Source: a virus
Lineage: Duplodnaviria; Caudoviricetes
Length of the DNA stretch: 34,103 nt
Strand: one strand, 5' to 3'
IMG/VR virus record: IMGVR_UViG_3300020172_004120
Span: 1 to 34,103 of that record
The translations under genes were made by a program, and so were the position numbers. Under the pieces are notes generated by a model, which saw only the letters and a program-made list of their open reading frames with translations, was not told where the DNA came from and searched no databases. Positions 22,001 to 30,215 of the stretch are shown in pieces; position 1 is the stretch's first letter, and the number at the start of each line of letters is the position of its first letter.

Positions 22001-24896
22001 TACCGGAGATATTACAGTAGTAAATTCTTATAATCAGTTTGATTATTGCGATTTGCCTTTAATTAATGGTGTTAAATCTAGTGATATAATTGATATTAGA
22101 CCCAGAGTATCCAATTATTCAGTGACTGCAGGATCTAGATCGCCATTTGAATTTTTAGCAAGATCATTTACTTCTAATGGAAATTCTGCATCAAATATTT
22201 TAGCTTCTGATGAATCCATATTATTGGATTATTCTTATTATTTGCCAAGAATAGACAAGATTTTCTTAACAAAAGAAGGTTATTTACAATTAAGTAAAGG
22301 TGAACCTGCAGATAATCCCCAACCACCACTTCCAGCAGATGACGCAATAGAAGTAGCAACAATGTTGCTTCCTGCATATCTTTGCGATCTTAGTTCCATT
22401 AACATAAACATGATGGAACATAAGAGATATCGAATGGTTGATATCTATAACTTGGAAAATAGAATTAAAAATCTTGAATATTATACTTCATTATCTCTTT
22501 TAGAGAGCGATACTTCCAATCTTCAAATTAGAGATGCAAATGGTCTGAATAGATTTAAATGTGGATTTTTTGTTGATGATTTTTCAGATACAAAATCGCA
22601 ACTCAAAAAGACAATAGTAAAAAACAGTATTGATGTTAAAAATTCTGAATTAAGACCTACTCCATATACAACTTCGATCGATTTACTTCTAGGATCAACA
22701 TCATTTGTTGGAATTGACGGAGTATATGATCCGACAGCAGATCTTGGATATGTTACAGACTTAATTGGTACTGGCATTAGAAGAACTGGAGATGTAATAA
22801 CCCTAGATTACACTGAAGTATTAGAGATTGATCAACCATACGGAACAAGAGTAGAAAGTGTTGCACCATATAGAGTTGCTTATTATAATGGAACTATAGA
22901 ATTGACACCTTCTTCAGACATTTGGGTAGATACTGTAAGATTAGAATCAAACAATATTAATGTTCAAGGAAATTATACGGAAACTTTCTCTCAAATCAGT
23001 TTCTCTGAGTTGGATAAGCAAACTGGATTTAGTCCAGTAATTTGGGGGTCTTGGGAAACTAATTGGACAGGAACAACTAAGCAATCTCAAACAGAAATTG
23101 TTGAAGACGAATATGGCAATACATATCAAGAGTCATTTGAGTTAACATTAGCTACTGGATCAGCTGCTAGAAAAGGAATAAGAACAAACACTAAGGCAGA
23201 ATTGAGTACGGTTTCTCTTGGAGATAAGATTATAAGCACTGATATAATTCCATATATGAGGTCCAGAAATATTGAATTTGTTGCAAAAAGACTGAAACCT
23301 TCTACAAGAGTTTATGGATTTTTTGATGGAAAAGATATTAATAAATTTATTGTTCCAAAATTAATCGAAATTCGAATGCAGTATGGAGCATTTTTGGTTG
23401 GAGAGACTGTCAAAGGTTATATTGAAGCACAATCTCAAGATACACAAGAAAGTCCTTCAATATCTTTTAGAGTCAGCAAATCTGATCATAGATATGGTCC
23501 ATACAATAATCCTTCCGATATATACATTTCAAATCCATATAATAGAAATCAATTTTTACCAGCAGAATATTCCACAACTTCAACAACTCTAAATGTAGAC
23601 ACATATAGTCTAGCATATCAATCACAAGGATCATATTTTGGTTACGTTTTATCCGGAATGAAGCTTAAGGGACAAACAAGTGGTGCAGAAGCGATAGTTA
23701 CGGATGTTAGATTAATTACAGATAATGTTGGAGTTGTAATAGGATCAGTATATATTCCAAATCCAAATATTAATATAAATCCTTCATTTACAACTGGAAC
23801 AAAATTATTCAGATTGACAAGTAGCAATTTAAATTCTCAAGTTCAGGGAAGTATTACTAGTGCAGAAGAAAAATTCTATTCTGAAGGTAAGGTTAATAAG
23901 GCTCAAGAAAATATTCTTTCTTTAAGGAATATTAGAGTTGAAAATCAAACAGTTATTGAATCAACTTCGGTTGTTTCTGATGGTTATACTGTTGTTGAAA
24001 CTACTCCGATCAATGTTCCTACTATTCCACCTTCTTCTACACCCGTAAGTGGAGGAACAGATCCTAAAACACCAATACCACCAGTAGTTGATCAACCGAA
24101 ACCACCAGTAGCACCAACAACTGGAGTAGAATATCTACTAACTATTTCAAAAGGTACTGGAAACACTACTGCAGTTGAACTTCAAACTGTTACATATCAA
24201 GGAAAACAATATAATTATGCAGAACTTGAAGCTAAGAAAGACATCTCAACAAAAGAAGCTAAACAGATATTCACTCAACAAGGAGTTACACTCGCCGCAA
24301 ATGACATAAGATTTGAGAAAAAAACTAGAGATAAAGATATTAGGCAAGGAAAATTAGATGAAAGAATAATAACTGATGAGAAACTGAGTAGAATTCTGAG
24401 CGAATCTGGAGTGAAATCTAGATCGTCAGATACTAAAGCTGTTGCAAATGTAAGTAGAACTGGCGGAACTAATAGGTCAGTTACAGTGGGTCAGCAAGTT
24501 CAAACTACTCAAAAATCTAAAGACGGATATCTTGGCAAAAATAATAATAGATCTGTTGGTACCAGTATCATTATAGAAGGTGCAAAGGGCGGATCTGGTG
24601 GCGGAGACAAGAAATCCGGATCTGGTGGATTTATATCCTCCCCAGGAAATACCTCTACTAGAGGTGGTTCTTCTAGTGGTTCTTCTAGTGGCGGTGGCGG
24701 AGGAACAAAAGGTGGATCATCCGGCGGAGCTTCTAAAGGCGGCGGTGGCGGCGGTGGCGGTGGCGGCGGTGGTGGCGGCGGTGGTAACTCCGGCGGTGGT
24801 GGCGGCGGTAAAGGCGGCGGCGGCGGCGGCGGTGGCGGCGGCGGTGGTGGCGGCGGTGGCGGTGGCGGTAAAGGTGGTGGCGGTGGTAAAAGGTAG
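19071..24896 (+). CDS. Large virion structural protein, VrlC/DUF4815-like (N-terminal part), with a Pro-rich, Lys-rich and poly-Gly C-terminus
   Basis: 1941 aa with 'MPQETNLNVSPYFDDF...LFKPG.PVQARELT..QS.LQNQIE.FG', 'APGADR', 'RIKNLEYYTSLSLLE...RFK.GFFVDDF' and 'G.IEL.PSSD.W.D'; follows gp8 as in cyanomyoviruses. Confidence 0.8.
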   Translation: MPQETNLNVSPYFDDFDTANGYYRVLFKPGYPVQARELTTIQSILQNQIEQFGNHFFKEGSVVIPGGINYIDSYKAVELQNLYLGTNIIAYLPSLIGRTLRGQNSGVRATVIGVLDFTNSDRGNNTLYVNYLNSDLETNSFEGFADGEILIIEGALTTKSSLNREQSVIFQDGEGVAATISIDCNSTASAVVISEGVYFLRGCFVEVPEQTILLEQYTNTPSYKVGFEIIEDIITSDKDKSLNDNAQGFSNYSAPGADRLSIKAVISKVPLGTKDIENFVQLLEVEDGVLRSVSNTPQYNILQKELARRTYEESGDYYVVQPKLTAQETLNDLKGNNGLFTENQITYDGKTPSEDLGTYAISPLKAFVRGYEIETISPTFIDFEKPRTTKKLENRSINYVTGPTFTLNRVYGSPSIGIATSYTLSLRDSRVGSDQKIASGKEIGLARVYDFALESGSYSTAYPDINEWDMSLYDIQTYTEIFLNEPITLSNSVHVRGKSSGAVGFLRFDASNSGIITAYNTKGNFIVGEKIIFNGTESISRVSTAITDYYPNNIKSLYGVVGSASTFTGDVKQYPSINVGQVNITIGSGGISTVSSSSFIFSGIATVGNVVSYSNPGLSTVSYARIESVFQNSIRISAVTKVIGVCEGDLPITNINPSDFNILTSRFQSSTDNTLYTVLPNQNISTLDLANSNLTIRKEFIVTISSNSTGTIVAGDNETFLPFDEERYVLIRYDGQTESLSTDKFVFTSGSKELTINGLGSNTTARLIATLRKTNIKEKVKNKNRVKSIIIDKSKYEGSGIGSTTFNDGLTYDNYPYGTRVQDSDICLMEPDVTKVIGIFESNDTSEPDLPAISMISLSGPTNKTGDLLIGEEIVGQESNAVAVYVERINDLKISYIYLNENVFRIGETVRFKESGIQSIITEVESGDQNITNSFTIENGQTNTIYDYSRIIRKSTSSEPTRKLKILFESASYLPSDTGDITVVNSYNQFDYCDLPLINGVKSSDIIDIRPRVSNYSVTAGSRSPFEFLARSFTSNGNSASNILASDESILLDYSYYLPRIDKIFLTKEGYLQLSKGEPADNPQPPLPADDAIEVATMLLPAYLCDLSSININMMEHKRYRMVDIYNLENRIKNLEYYTSLSLLESDTSNLQIRDANGLNRFKCGFFVDDFSDTKSQLKKTIVKNSIDVKNSELRPTPYTTSIDLLLGSTSFVGIDGVYDPTADLGYVTDLIGTGIRRTGDVITLDYTEVLEIDQPYGTRVESVAPYRVAYYNGTIELTPSSDIWVDTVRLESNNINVQGNYTETFSQISFSELDKQTGFSPVIWGSWETNWTGTTKQSQTEIVEDEYGNTYQESFELTLATGSAARKGIRTNTKAELSTVSLGDKIISTDIIPYMRSRNIEFVAKRLKPSTRVYGFFDGKDINKFIVPKLIEIRMQYGAFLVGETVKGYIEAQSQDTQESPSISFRVSKSDHRYGPYNNPSDIYISNPYNRNQFLPAEYSTTSTTLNVDTYSLAYQSQGSYFGYVLSGMKLKGQTSGAEAIVTDVRLITDNVGVVIGSVYIPNPNININPSFTTGTKLFRLTSSNLNSQVQGSITSAEEKFYSEGKVNKAQENILSLRNIRVENQTVIESTSVVSDGYTVVETTPINVPTIPPSSTPVSGGTDPKTPIPPVVDQPKPPVAPTTGVEYLLTISKGTGNTTAVELQTVTYQGKQYNYAELEAKKDISTKEAKQIFTQQGVTLAANDIRFEKKTRDKDIRQGKLDERIITDEKLSRILSESGVKSRSSDTKAVANVSRTGGTNRSVTVGQQVQTTQKSKDGYLGKNNNRSVGTSIIIEGAKGGSGGGDKKSGSGGFISSPGNTSTRGGSSSGSSSGGGGGTKGGSSGGASKGGGGGGGGGGGGGGGGNSGGGGGGKGGGGGGGGGGGGGGGGGGGKGGGGGKR
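24738..24887 (+). repeat. GGC/GGT trinucleotide tract encoding poly-glycine runs
   Basis: About 150 bp of almost pure GGY codons, interrupted only by AAC-TCC and AAA codons; extremely GC-rich in an AT-rich genome. Confidence 0.95.
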
Positions 24897-24977
24897 TACC
24901 TAGTCACCGATTAACAAAACACCGTGATACCTAAAACAAACCGTAGAAACGCTGAAAACTTCATTTTAGATTAAAAA

Positions 24978-24984
24978 ATAAATA
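24978..24984 (+). promoter_or_regulatory. T4-type late promoter (ATAAATA)
   Basis: Lies in the 129-nt gap between the two VrlC-like ORFs, 41 nt upstream of ATG 25026. Confidence 0.65.
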
Positions 24985-25025
24985 ATTAGTAATAATAAAC
25001 TTGAGTAAAATCAACAGATAAAAAA

Positions 25026-27530
25026 ATGAAACTAGTAGACCCATTAGCACAATCTTTTTATGTAGAACCAAAGAGTGGAATATTTGTAACTTCTGTTGAT
25101 CTTTATTTTTTCTCTAAGGATCCCGAACTTCCAATAACTGTCCAATTAAGACCCATGTACCTGGGGTTCCCAACAAATAAAGTATACCCATTTAGCGAAG
25201 TTGTAGTTGACGCCAAAGATGTTAATGTTTCAGATGATGGGTCTGTAGCAACAAAAGTGACCTTTAAATCGCCAGTTTATTTGTCAGGATCAGAATTTCA
25301 TTGCATATGCTTACTATCAAATTCAAGTGAATATTTGGTATGGTTATCTAGATTGGGAGAAATCGACACAGAATCCCAAACTCAGCTAGAATCAAAACAA
25401 ATTGTAGTAACAAAACAACCACTATCGGGATCTATTTTCAAATCTCAAAATGGAATCACTTGGAATTCAAGTGATTTTGATGATCTTAAGTTTAAACTCT
25501 ATAGAGCTAGTTTTGGTATAAGCGGCGATGTAAATTTCTATAACTCAGATTTGTCTATTGGAAATAAAGAGGTAGCGCAACTTGTAAAAAGACCATTATC
25601 TTTAAGTTCAAGAAAAGTTAAGGTTGGTTTAGGAACTACTTTATCAGTAAGCAATCTACCCACATTAGGCAATACAATTGTTCAAAAGAATTCCAGCGTA
25701 ACAGGAAACTATGTTGGATATGCCGGATCTTGTAGTGGAAATTTGACGATAGTTAATTCTGGCATAGGATATACACCTTCATCGGGAAATAGAACTTTTA
25801 CCGGAGTTGCTTTAACAAGCGTAACTGGTACTGGCAAGAATGCAACTGCAAACATTCACATTTCAAATGGCGTTGCTGTTGCTGCAACAATCCAATCTGG
25901 CGGAACTGGGTATATTATTGGAGATTTATTGTCAGCAAATCAAATTGGAAATGATACATTAGGAAGAAATATCAGATTATCTGTGAGTTCTTTGTCAGGA
26001 ATCAACGAACTTATTGTCGATCAGGTTCAAGGAGAATTTCTGACTGGTGTTGGAAATACTTTACAATATATAAACAACTCCGGAGTAACTACAGACTTAA
26101 AGCAAACAGCGGCTAATATTCTAGCAAACTCAATTGAACTTCAAAGTGATGGTTTGCATATTAAAGTAAATCATAAAAATCATGGAATGCATTCACCAAC
26201 GAACACTGTATCAATTTCAAACGTTCGCCCAGATACAGTACCCACAAAACTACTTTCAAACTATGATTTATCTTCTACCACAGATATCTTAGTTGAGGAC
26301 GAGGGTTCATTTACATTCTTTGAAAATGTTGGTGTTGGGACAACAAATTTGGGATATGCAAAGATTGGAAATGAGATTATTTCATACTCTGGAACTTCTG
26401 TAGGATCCTTGACTGGAATAACAAGATCTGTAGATCAAACTATTACAGCGTCTTATGTCTCAGGAACCGAAATATACAAATATGAAATCGGATCAGTTTC
26501 GCTAAGAAGAATTAATAAAGATCATGTACTCGAAGATTCTGCAGTTGATGAATCAATTGGACTTGACCATTATCATATAAAAATAGATATGAGCTCTAAT
26601 GGTATTGATAGATCTACAGGTTCCAGTTTCCCTAAATTATATTTGAATGAAACAAAATCTGCAGGAGGATCTAGAGTTAATGCATCACAGAATATACAGT
26701 ATGAAATTATTAGACCAAATATTGAAACATTAAACTTAAATGGAACTAAAATTAATGCTTCGATAAGAACTATTAGTGGCACAAGTGTAAGTGGAAATGA
26801 AGAATCTTTTGATGATCAAGGATTTGAACAAATTAATTTAAATGCTAATAATTATCTCAATTCGCCAAGATTAATATGTTCAAAAGTAAATGAAAATAGC
26901 AAATTAACCACTCTACCAGGTAAAAAATCATTTACTTTGAATATGAGGTTATTGACGGCAAATACTTATATTTCTCCTCTCATAGATCTTCATAGAGCTG
27001 GTATGATACTGACATCAAATAGAGTTAATGATGTTATAACAGATTACGTTGAGGACGAAAGAGTGTCTACTCTAAAAGACGATCCAACAGCATTTGTTTA
27101 TGCAACAAAACCAATTTCACTAGAAACACCAGCAACTTCTATCAAATTGTATGTAAACGCATATGTTAATGTGGATAGTGATATCAGAGCTCTTTTTGCT
27201 ATTGCAAATGACCCCAAAGAAGAAATGATTTATTATCCATTCCCTGGATATGATAACCTTTCATCTTCAGGAGAAAATTCTATTTCTCCAAGTCCAGAAA
27301 TTGTCAAAAAAGTCATTGATAGATCAAAAAATAGCGGAAGACCTGATAGAAAGAGACCAAAAAGTACTAAAACTGGATTTTTCAGCAAACAGTTGGAGTT
27401 TATAGAACATGAGTTTACTATAGATCAACTGCCAGCATTTAGGTATTTTAGTGTTAAATTATTAGGAACTTCAACAAATCAAACTTATCCACCAAGATTT
27501 AGTCAACTGAGAGTTATTGCACTTGCATAA
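25026..27530 (+). CDS. Virion structural protein matching the C-terminal part of VrlC/DUF4815-like proteins
   Basis: 834 aa, starting 'DPLAQSFYV...GIFVTSVDLYF..KD...P..VQLR', with 'GSIFKSQNG.TW....DDLKFKLYRA.F', and ending 'F..FSVKL.GTSTNQ.YPPR...LRVIALA'. Confidence 0.75.
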   Translation: MKLVDPLAQSFYVEPKSGIFVTSVDLYFFSKDPELPITVQLRPMYLGFPTNKVYPFSEVVVDAKDVNVSDDGSVATKVTFKSPVYLSGSEFHCICLLSNSSEYLVWLSRLGEIDTESQTQLESKQIVVTKQPLSGSIFKSQNGITWNSSDFDDLKFKLYRASFGISGDVNFYNSDLSIGNKEVAQLVKRPLSLSSRKVKVGLGTTLSVSNLPTLGNTIVQKNSSVTGNYVGYAGSCSGNLTIVNSGIGYTPSSGNRTFTGVALTSVTGTGKNATANIHISNGVAVAATIQSGGTGYIIGDLLSANQIGNDTLGRNIRLSVSSLSGINELIVDQVQGEFLTGVGNTLQYINNSGVTTDLKQTAANILANSIELQSDGLHIKVNHKNHGMHSPTNTVSISNVRPDTVPTKLLSNYDLSSTTDILVEDEGSFTFFENVGVGTTNLGYAKIGNEIISYSGTSVGSLTGITRSVDQTITASYVSGTEIYKYEIGSVSLRRINKDHVLEDSAVDESIGLDHYHIKIDMSSNGIDRSTGSSFPKLYLNETKSAGGSRVNASQNIQYEIIRPNIETLNLNGTKINASIRTISGTSVSGNEESFDDQGFEQINLNANNYLNSPRLICSKVNENSKLTTLPGKKSFTLNMRLLTANTYISPLIDLHRAGMILTSNRVNDVITDYVEDERVSTLKDDPTAFVYATKPISLETPATSIKLYVNAYVNVDSDIRALFAIANDPKEEMIYYPFPGYDNLSSSGENSISPSPEIVKKVIDRSKNSGRPDRKRPKSTKTGFFSKQLEFIEHEFTIDQLPAFRYFSVKLLGTSTNQTYPPRFSQLRVIALA

Positions 27531-27539
27531 TTAAGTATA

Positions 27540-27764
27540 ATGTCACATATAAAAGTAAAAGGTAATGTGAGTTATGTGAGAGATGAGGACAGTGGTGCTA
27601 TTCTAAATACAAATATTTCAGAATATCAAACATACTTACATCAAAAAGCATTAAAAGAGTTAGAGTCACAAAAAATAAAAAATTTGGAAGTTGACGTTAA
27701 TTCAATAAAAAGTGACTTGCATGAAATTAAAAATTTATTAAGGAGTTTTTTAAATGAATCCTAA
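27540..27764 (+). CDS. Small hypothetical protein with a C-terminal coiled coil (74 aa)
   Basis: 'KVKG....VRD..SGAILNTN..EY..Y' followed by heptad-like 'IKNLEVDVNSIKSDLHEIKNLL'; lies between the structural protein and gp13. Confidence 0.8.
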   Translation: MSHIKVKGNVSYVRDEDSGAILNTNISEYQTYLHQKALKELESQKIKNLEVDVNSIKSDLHEIKNLLRSFLNES

Positions 27765-27918
27765 TAGTATTGAGTTAGAAAGTATTAATAAGTTATTTGA
27801 ATATGAGAAAATTTGTAGGGAGATAGATAGTATAGAAGATATTGAGAAAATAAAATTAATGCTTAAGTGCTACTTAAAATTATATCTAAAACAACAAGAG
27901 ATCGTTTGTAACCTATAA
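27754..27918 (+). CDS. nblA: Putative NblA-like phycobilisome degradation protein (54 aa)
   Basis: AGGAG SD at 27741-27745, ATG 27754, TAA 27916-27918. MNPNSIELESINKLFEYEKICREIDSIEDIEKIKLMLKCYLKLYLKQQEIVCNL matches NblA in size, two-helix amphipathic pattern and the N-terminal 'IEL-S....F' motif. The ORF is likely real; the function is a by-eye inference. Not in the track. Confidence 0.5.
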   Translation: MNPNSIELESINKLFEYEKICREIDSIEDIEKIKLMLKCYLKLYLKQQEIVCNL

Positions 27919-27922
27919 AAAA

Positions 27923-28762
27923 ATGGCACAACCAAACACAAGACAAGAATTAATTGATTATTGCAAAAGAAAGTTAGGTTATCCTGTTTTAGAAATTAAT
28001 ATTGCAGATGAGCAGATTGAGGATTTGGTAGACGACGCTATACAACTTTTCCAAGAGAGACATTTTGATGGAGTTTATCCAACTTTCTTTAAGTATAAGA
28101 TAAATCAAAATGACATTGATAGAGGAAGGGCAAAAGTTGGTGGAGTTGGTATTGCAAGCACAAGTGCAACAGCAAATATAGTTGGAACCTCAACAACATT
28201 TACATACTATGAAAATAGTAATTATTTACAAATTCCACCATCTGTAATAGGCGTTAACAAAATTTTTCATTTTGACGGAGCTAATAGTATAACACATAAT
28301 ATGTTCAGTGTTAAATACCAATTATTCCTAAATGACATTTATTATTGGGGAGCAACTGAACTTTTAAGTTATGCAATGGTTAAAACTTATCTTGAAGATT
28401 TAAATTGGCTATTGACAACTCAAAAGCAGATAAGATTCAATAAAAGGCAAGATAGATTATATTTGGATATAGACTGGTCAAGTGTTAGCGTGGACACATA
28501 TTTTATTGTTGATTGCTACACGACACTAGATCCAAATGATTATGGCAGAGTTTGGAATGATTCTTTCCTCAAACCGTATCTAACTTCATTAATTAAGAAA
28601 CAATGGGGACAAAATCTAATTAAATTTCAAGGTGTAAAATTACCCGGTGGAGTTGAATTAAATGGCAGACAAATATACGATGACGCACAGAGAGAAATTG
28701 ATGTTTTAATGGATAAAATGTCAAGCACCTACGAATTACCTCCACTAGACATGATAGGTTAA
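27923..28762 (+). CDS. gp13: Neck protein gp13
   Basis: 279 aa with 'P.TRQELIDYC.RKLG.PVLEIN...EQIEDLVDDA.Q.F.ERHFDG' and 'KKQWGQNLIKF.GV.LPGGV.LNGRQIYDDA'. Confidence 0.95.
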   Translation: MAQPNTRQELIDYCKRKLGYPVLEINIADEQIEDLVDDAIQLFQERHFDGVYPTFFKYKINQNDIDRGRAKVGGVGIASTSATANIVGTSTTFTYYENSNYLQIPPSVIGVNKIFHFDGANSITHNMFSVKYQLFLNDIYYWGATELLSYAMVKTYLEDLNWLLTTQKQIRFNKRQDRLYLDIDWSSVSVDTYFIVDCYTTLDPNDYGRVWNDSFLKPYLTSLIKKQWGQNLIKFQGVKLPGGVELNGRQIYDDAQREIDVLMDKMSSTYELPPLDMIG

Positions 28763-28768
28763 TGTCAT

Positions 28769-30148
28769 ATGCTAAATCCATTTTTTCTCCAAGGTTCAAA
28801 AAGTGAGCAAGGTCTAATACAAGACCTCATAAATGAGCAATTAAGAATGTATGGTGTAGAAATATGCTATGTTCCCAGAAAATATATAACAAAAAAAACA
28901 GTAATAAAGGAATTAATAGAGTCTGAATTTACTAGTGCGTATCCTTTGGAGGCATATGTAAATACGTATGACGGTTACGGTGGTGCAGGAACTTTACTAT
29001 CAAAGTTTGGTGTTCAACCAATTAATGAGTTGTCTTTAGTAATCTCAAGAGAAAGATTTGAATCTTATATTACTCCCCTAATTAATAGTCAACCAAATAT
29101 TGAACTCTCTTTGAGACCGAAAGAAGGAGATTTAATTTATTTTCCTTTAGGTGATAGGTTGTTTGAGATAAAGTTTGTAGAACACGAAAACCCATTTTAT
29201 CAATTACAAAAAACTTACGTATACGAATTGACCTGCGAATTATTCATATACGAAGACGAGATTATTGATACCGGTATAGAAGAATTGGATAATAATATTG
29301 TTGAGTATGGTCAAGTTCAAACAATATCCCTAGTCGGAGTAGGATCAACTGCAGTTGCAACATCGCATATTGTAAATGGTGGTTTAAGAACCATAACAGT
29401 AACAAATAGGGGAGAGGGTTATGAAAGTGTTCCAGTCGTAGCTATATCCTCAGCACCATCTGGTGGTATTAATGCAACAGGAATTGCAACAATGATAGGA
29501 AATATTGTCAATTGCAATGGTTCAAAATCATTGAGAGTTCAGGGTGTTGATATTATCAATGCTGGTGCAGGATACACAGTAGCTCCCAACGTTGTTTTTG
29601 TTGGTGGTGGAGGAGTTGGTGCAGCTGCAACAACTACAATAGGAAACGGAATTGTTGGATCTATAACTTTAATTTCCGGAGGATCTGGATATTTTACAGC
29701 TCCTACGGTTACTGTTAGTGGGCCAACTGGAGTAGGAGATACAACTAAAGCAATTGCCACAATAGATTCTTCCGGCAAAGTAACTTCAATTAGAATAAGG
29801 GATAGTGGTTATGGATATACTTCAAATCCAACAGTATCATTCTCCTCACCAGACATGATAGGCATTGGAACTTATCTGTTCAATGAAGAGGTGGTGGGAA
29901 GTGTTAGTGGAACTAAAGCAATAGTTAGATCGTGGGATTCAACTACAGCAAAATTAAAGATATCAAATGTTACAGGTACGTTTAAATTGGGAGAATTGCT
30001 TGTGGGGTCAACAAGTAATGCTTCATATAAAGTAAGTAATAGTCCAATAGATGAATTTAGTGATCCATATGCTCAGAATGAAGAGATAGAAACCGAGTCA
30101 GATGCAATATTTGATTTTACCGAAAGTAATCCATTCGGCAATGCATAA
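28769..30148 (+). CDS. gp14: Neck protein gp14 with inserted repeat modules
   Basis: 459 aa with 'EQ.L.QDLINEQLRMYG.E..Y.PR', 'LSKFG', 'RPKEGDLIYFPL..RLFEIKFVEHE.PFYQL...YVY.L.CELF.Y.DE' and C-terminal 'DFTESNPFG'. Confidence 0.93.
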   Translation: MLNPFFLQGSKSEQGLIQDLINEQLRMYGVEICYVPRKYITKKTVIKELIESEFTSAYPLEAYVNTYDGYGGAGTLLSKFGVQPINELSLVISRERFESYITPLINSQPNIELSLRPKEGDLIYFPLGDRLFEIKFVEHENPFYQLQKTYVYELTCELFIYEDEIIDTGIEELDNNIVEYGQVQTISLVGVGSTAVATSHIVNGGLRTITVTNRGEGYESVPVVAISSAPSGGINATGIATMIGNIVNCNGSKSLRVQGVDIINAGAGYTVAPNVVFVGGGGVGAAATTTIGNGIVGSITLISGGSGYFTAPTVTVSGPTGVGDTTKAIATIDSSGKVTSIRIRDSGYGYTSNPTVSFSSPDMIGIGTYLFNEEVVGSVSGTKAIVRSWDSTTAKLKISNVTGTFKLGELLVGSTSNASYKVSNSPIDEFSDPYAQNEEIETESDAIFDFTESNPFGNA

Positions 30149-30161
30149 CATTTTTTATTAG

Positions 30162-30169
30162 TATAAATA
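30162..30169 (+). promoter_or_regulatory. T4 late promoter, perfect consensus TATAAATA
   Basis: Intergenic between gp14 and gp15. Confidence 0.8.
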
Positions 30170-30215
30170 AGTTACAATTAGAATGATTAATCATTAATAG
30201 GTACGAGAGTAAAAA

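Noticed and set aside
24580-24903. Overlapping + strand Ala/Val-rich 107-aa ORF
   Set aside because: An alternative frame of the same stop-free repeat, with no independent evidence for a separate gene.
24509-24907. Reverse-strand 132-aa polyproline ORF
   Set aside because: It is the antisense shadow of the GGY poly-Gly tract. All credible genes are on +, and it has no evident promoter or RBS.
24894-25025. Stop-codon readthrough, alternative genetic code or intron joining the two in-frame VrlC-like ORFs
   Set aside because: Seven more in-frame stops of all three types follow the TAG. The 129-nt gap is too short and unstructured for a group I or II intron and contains a late promoter. Very long ORFs elsewhere read normally in the standard code.
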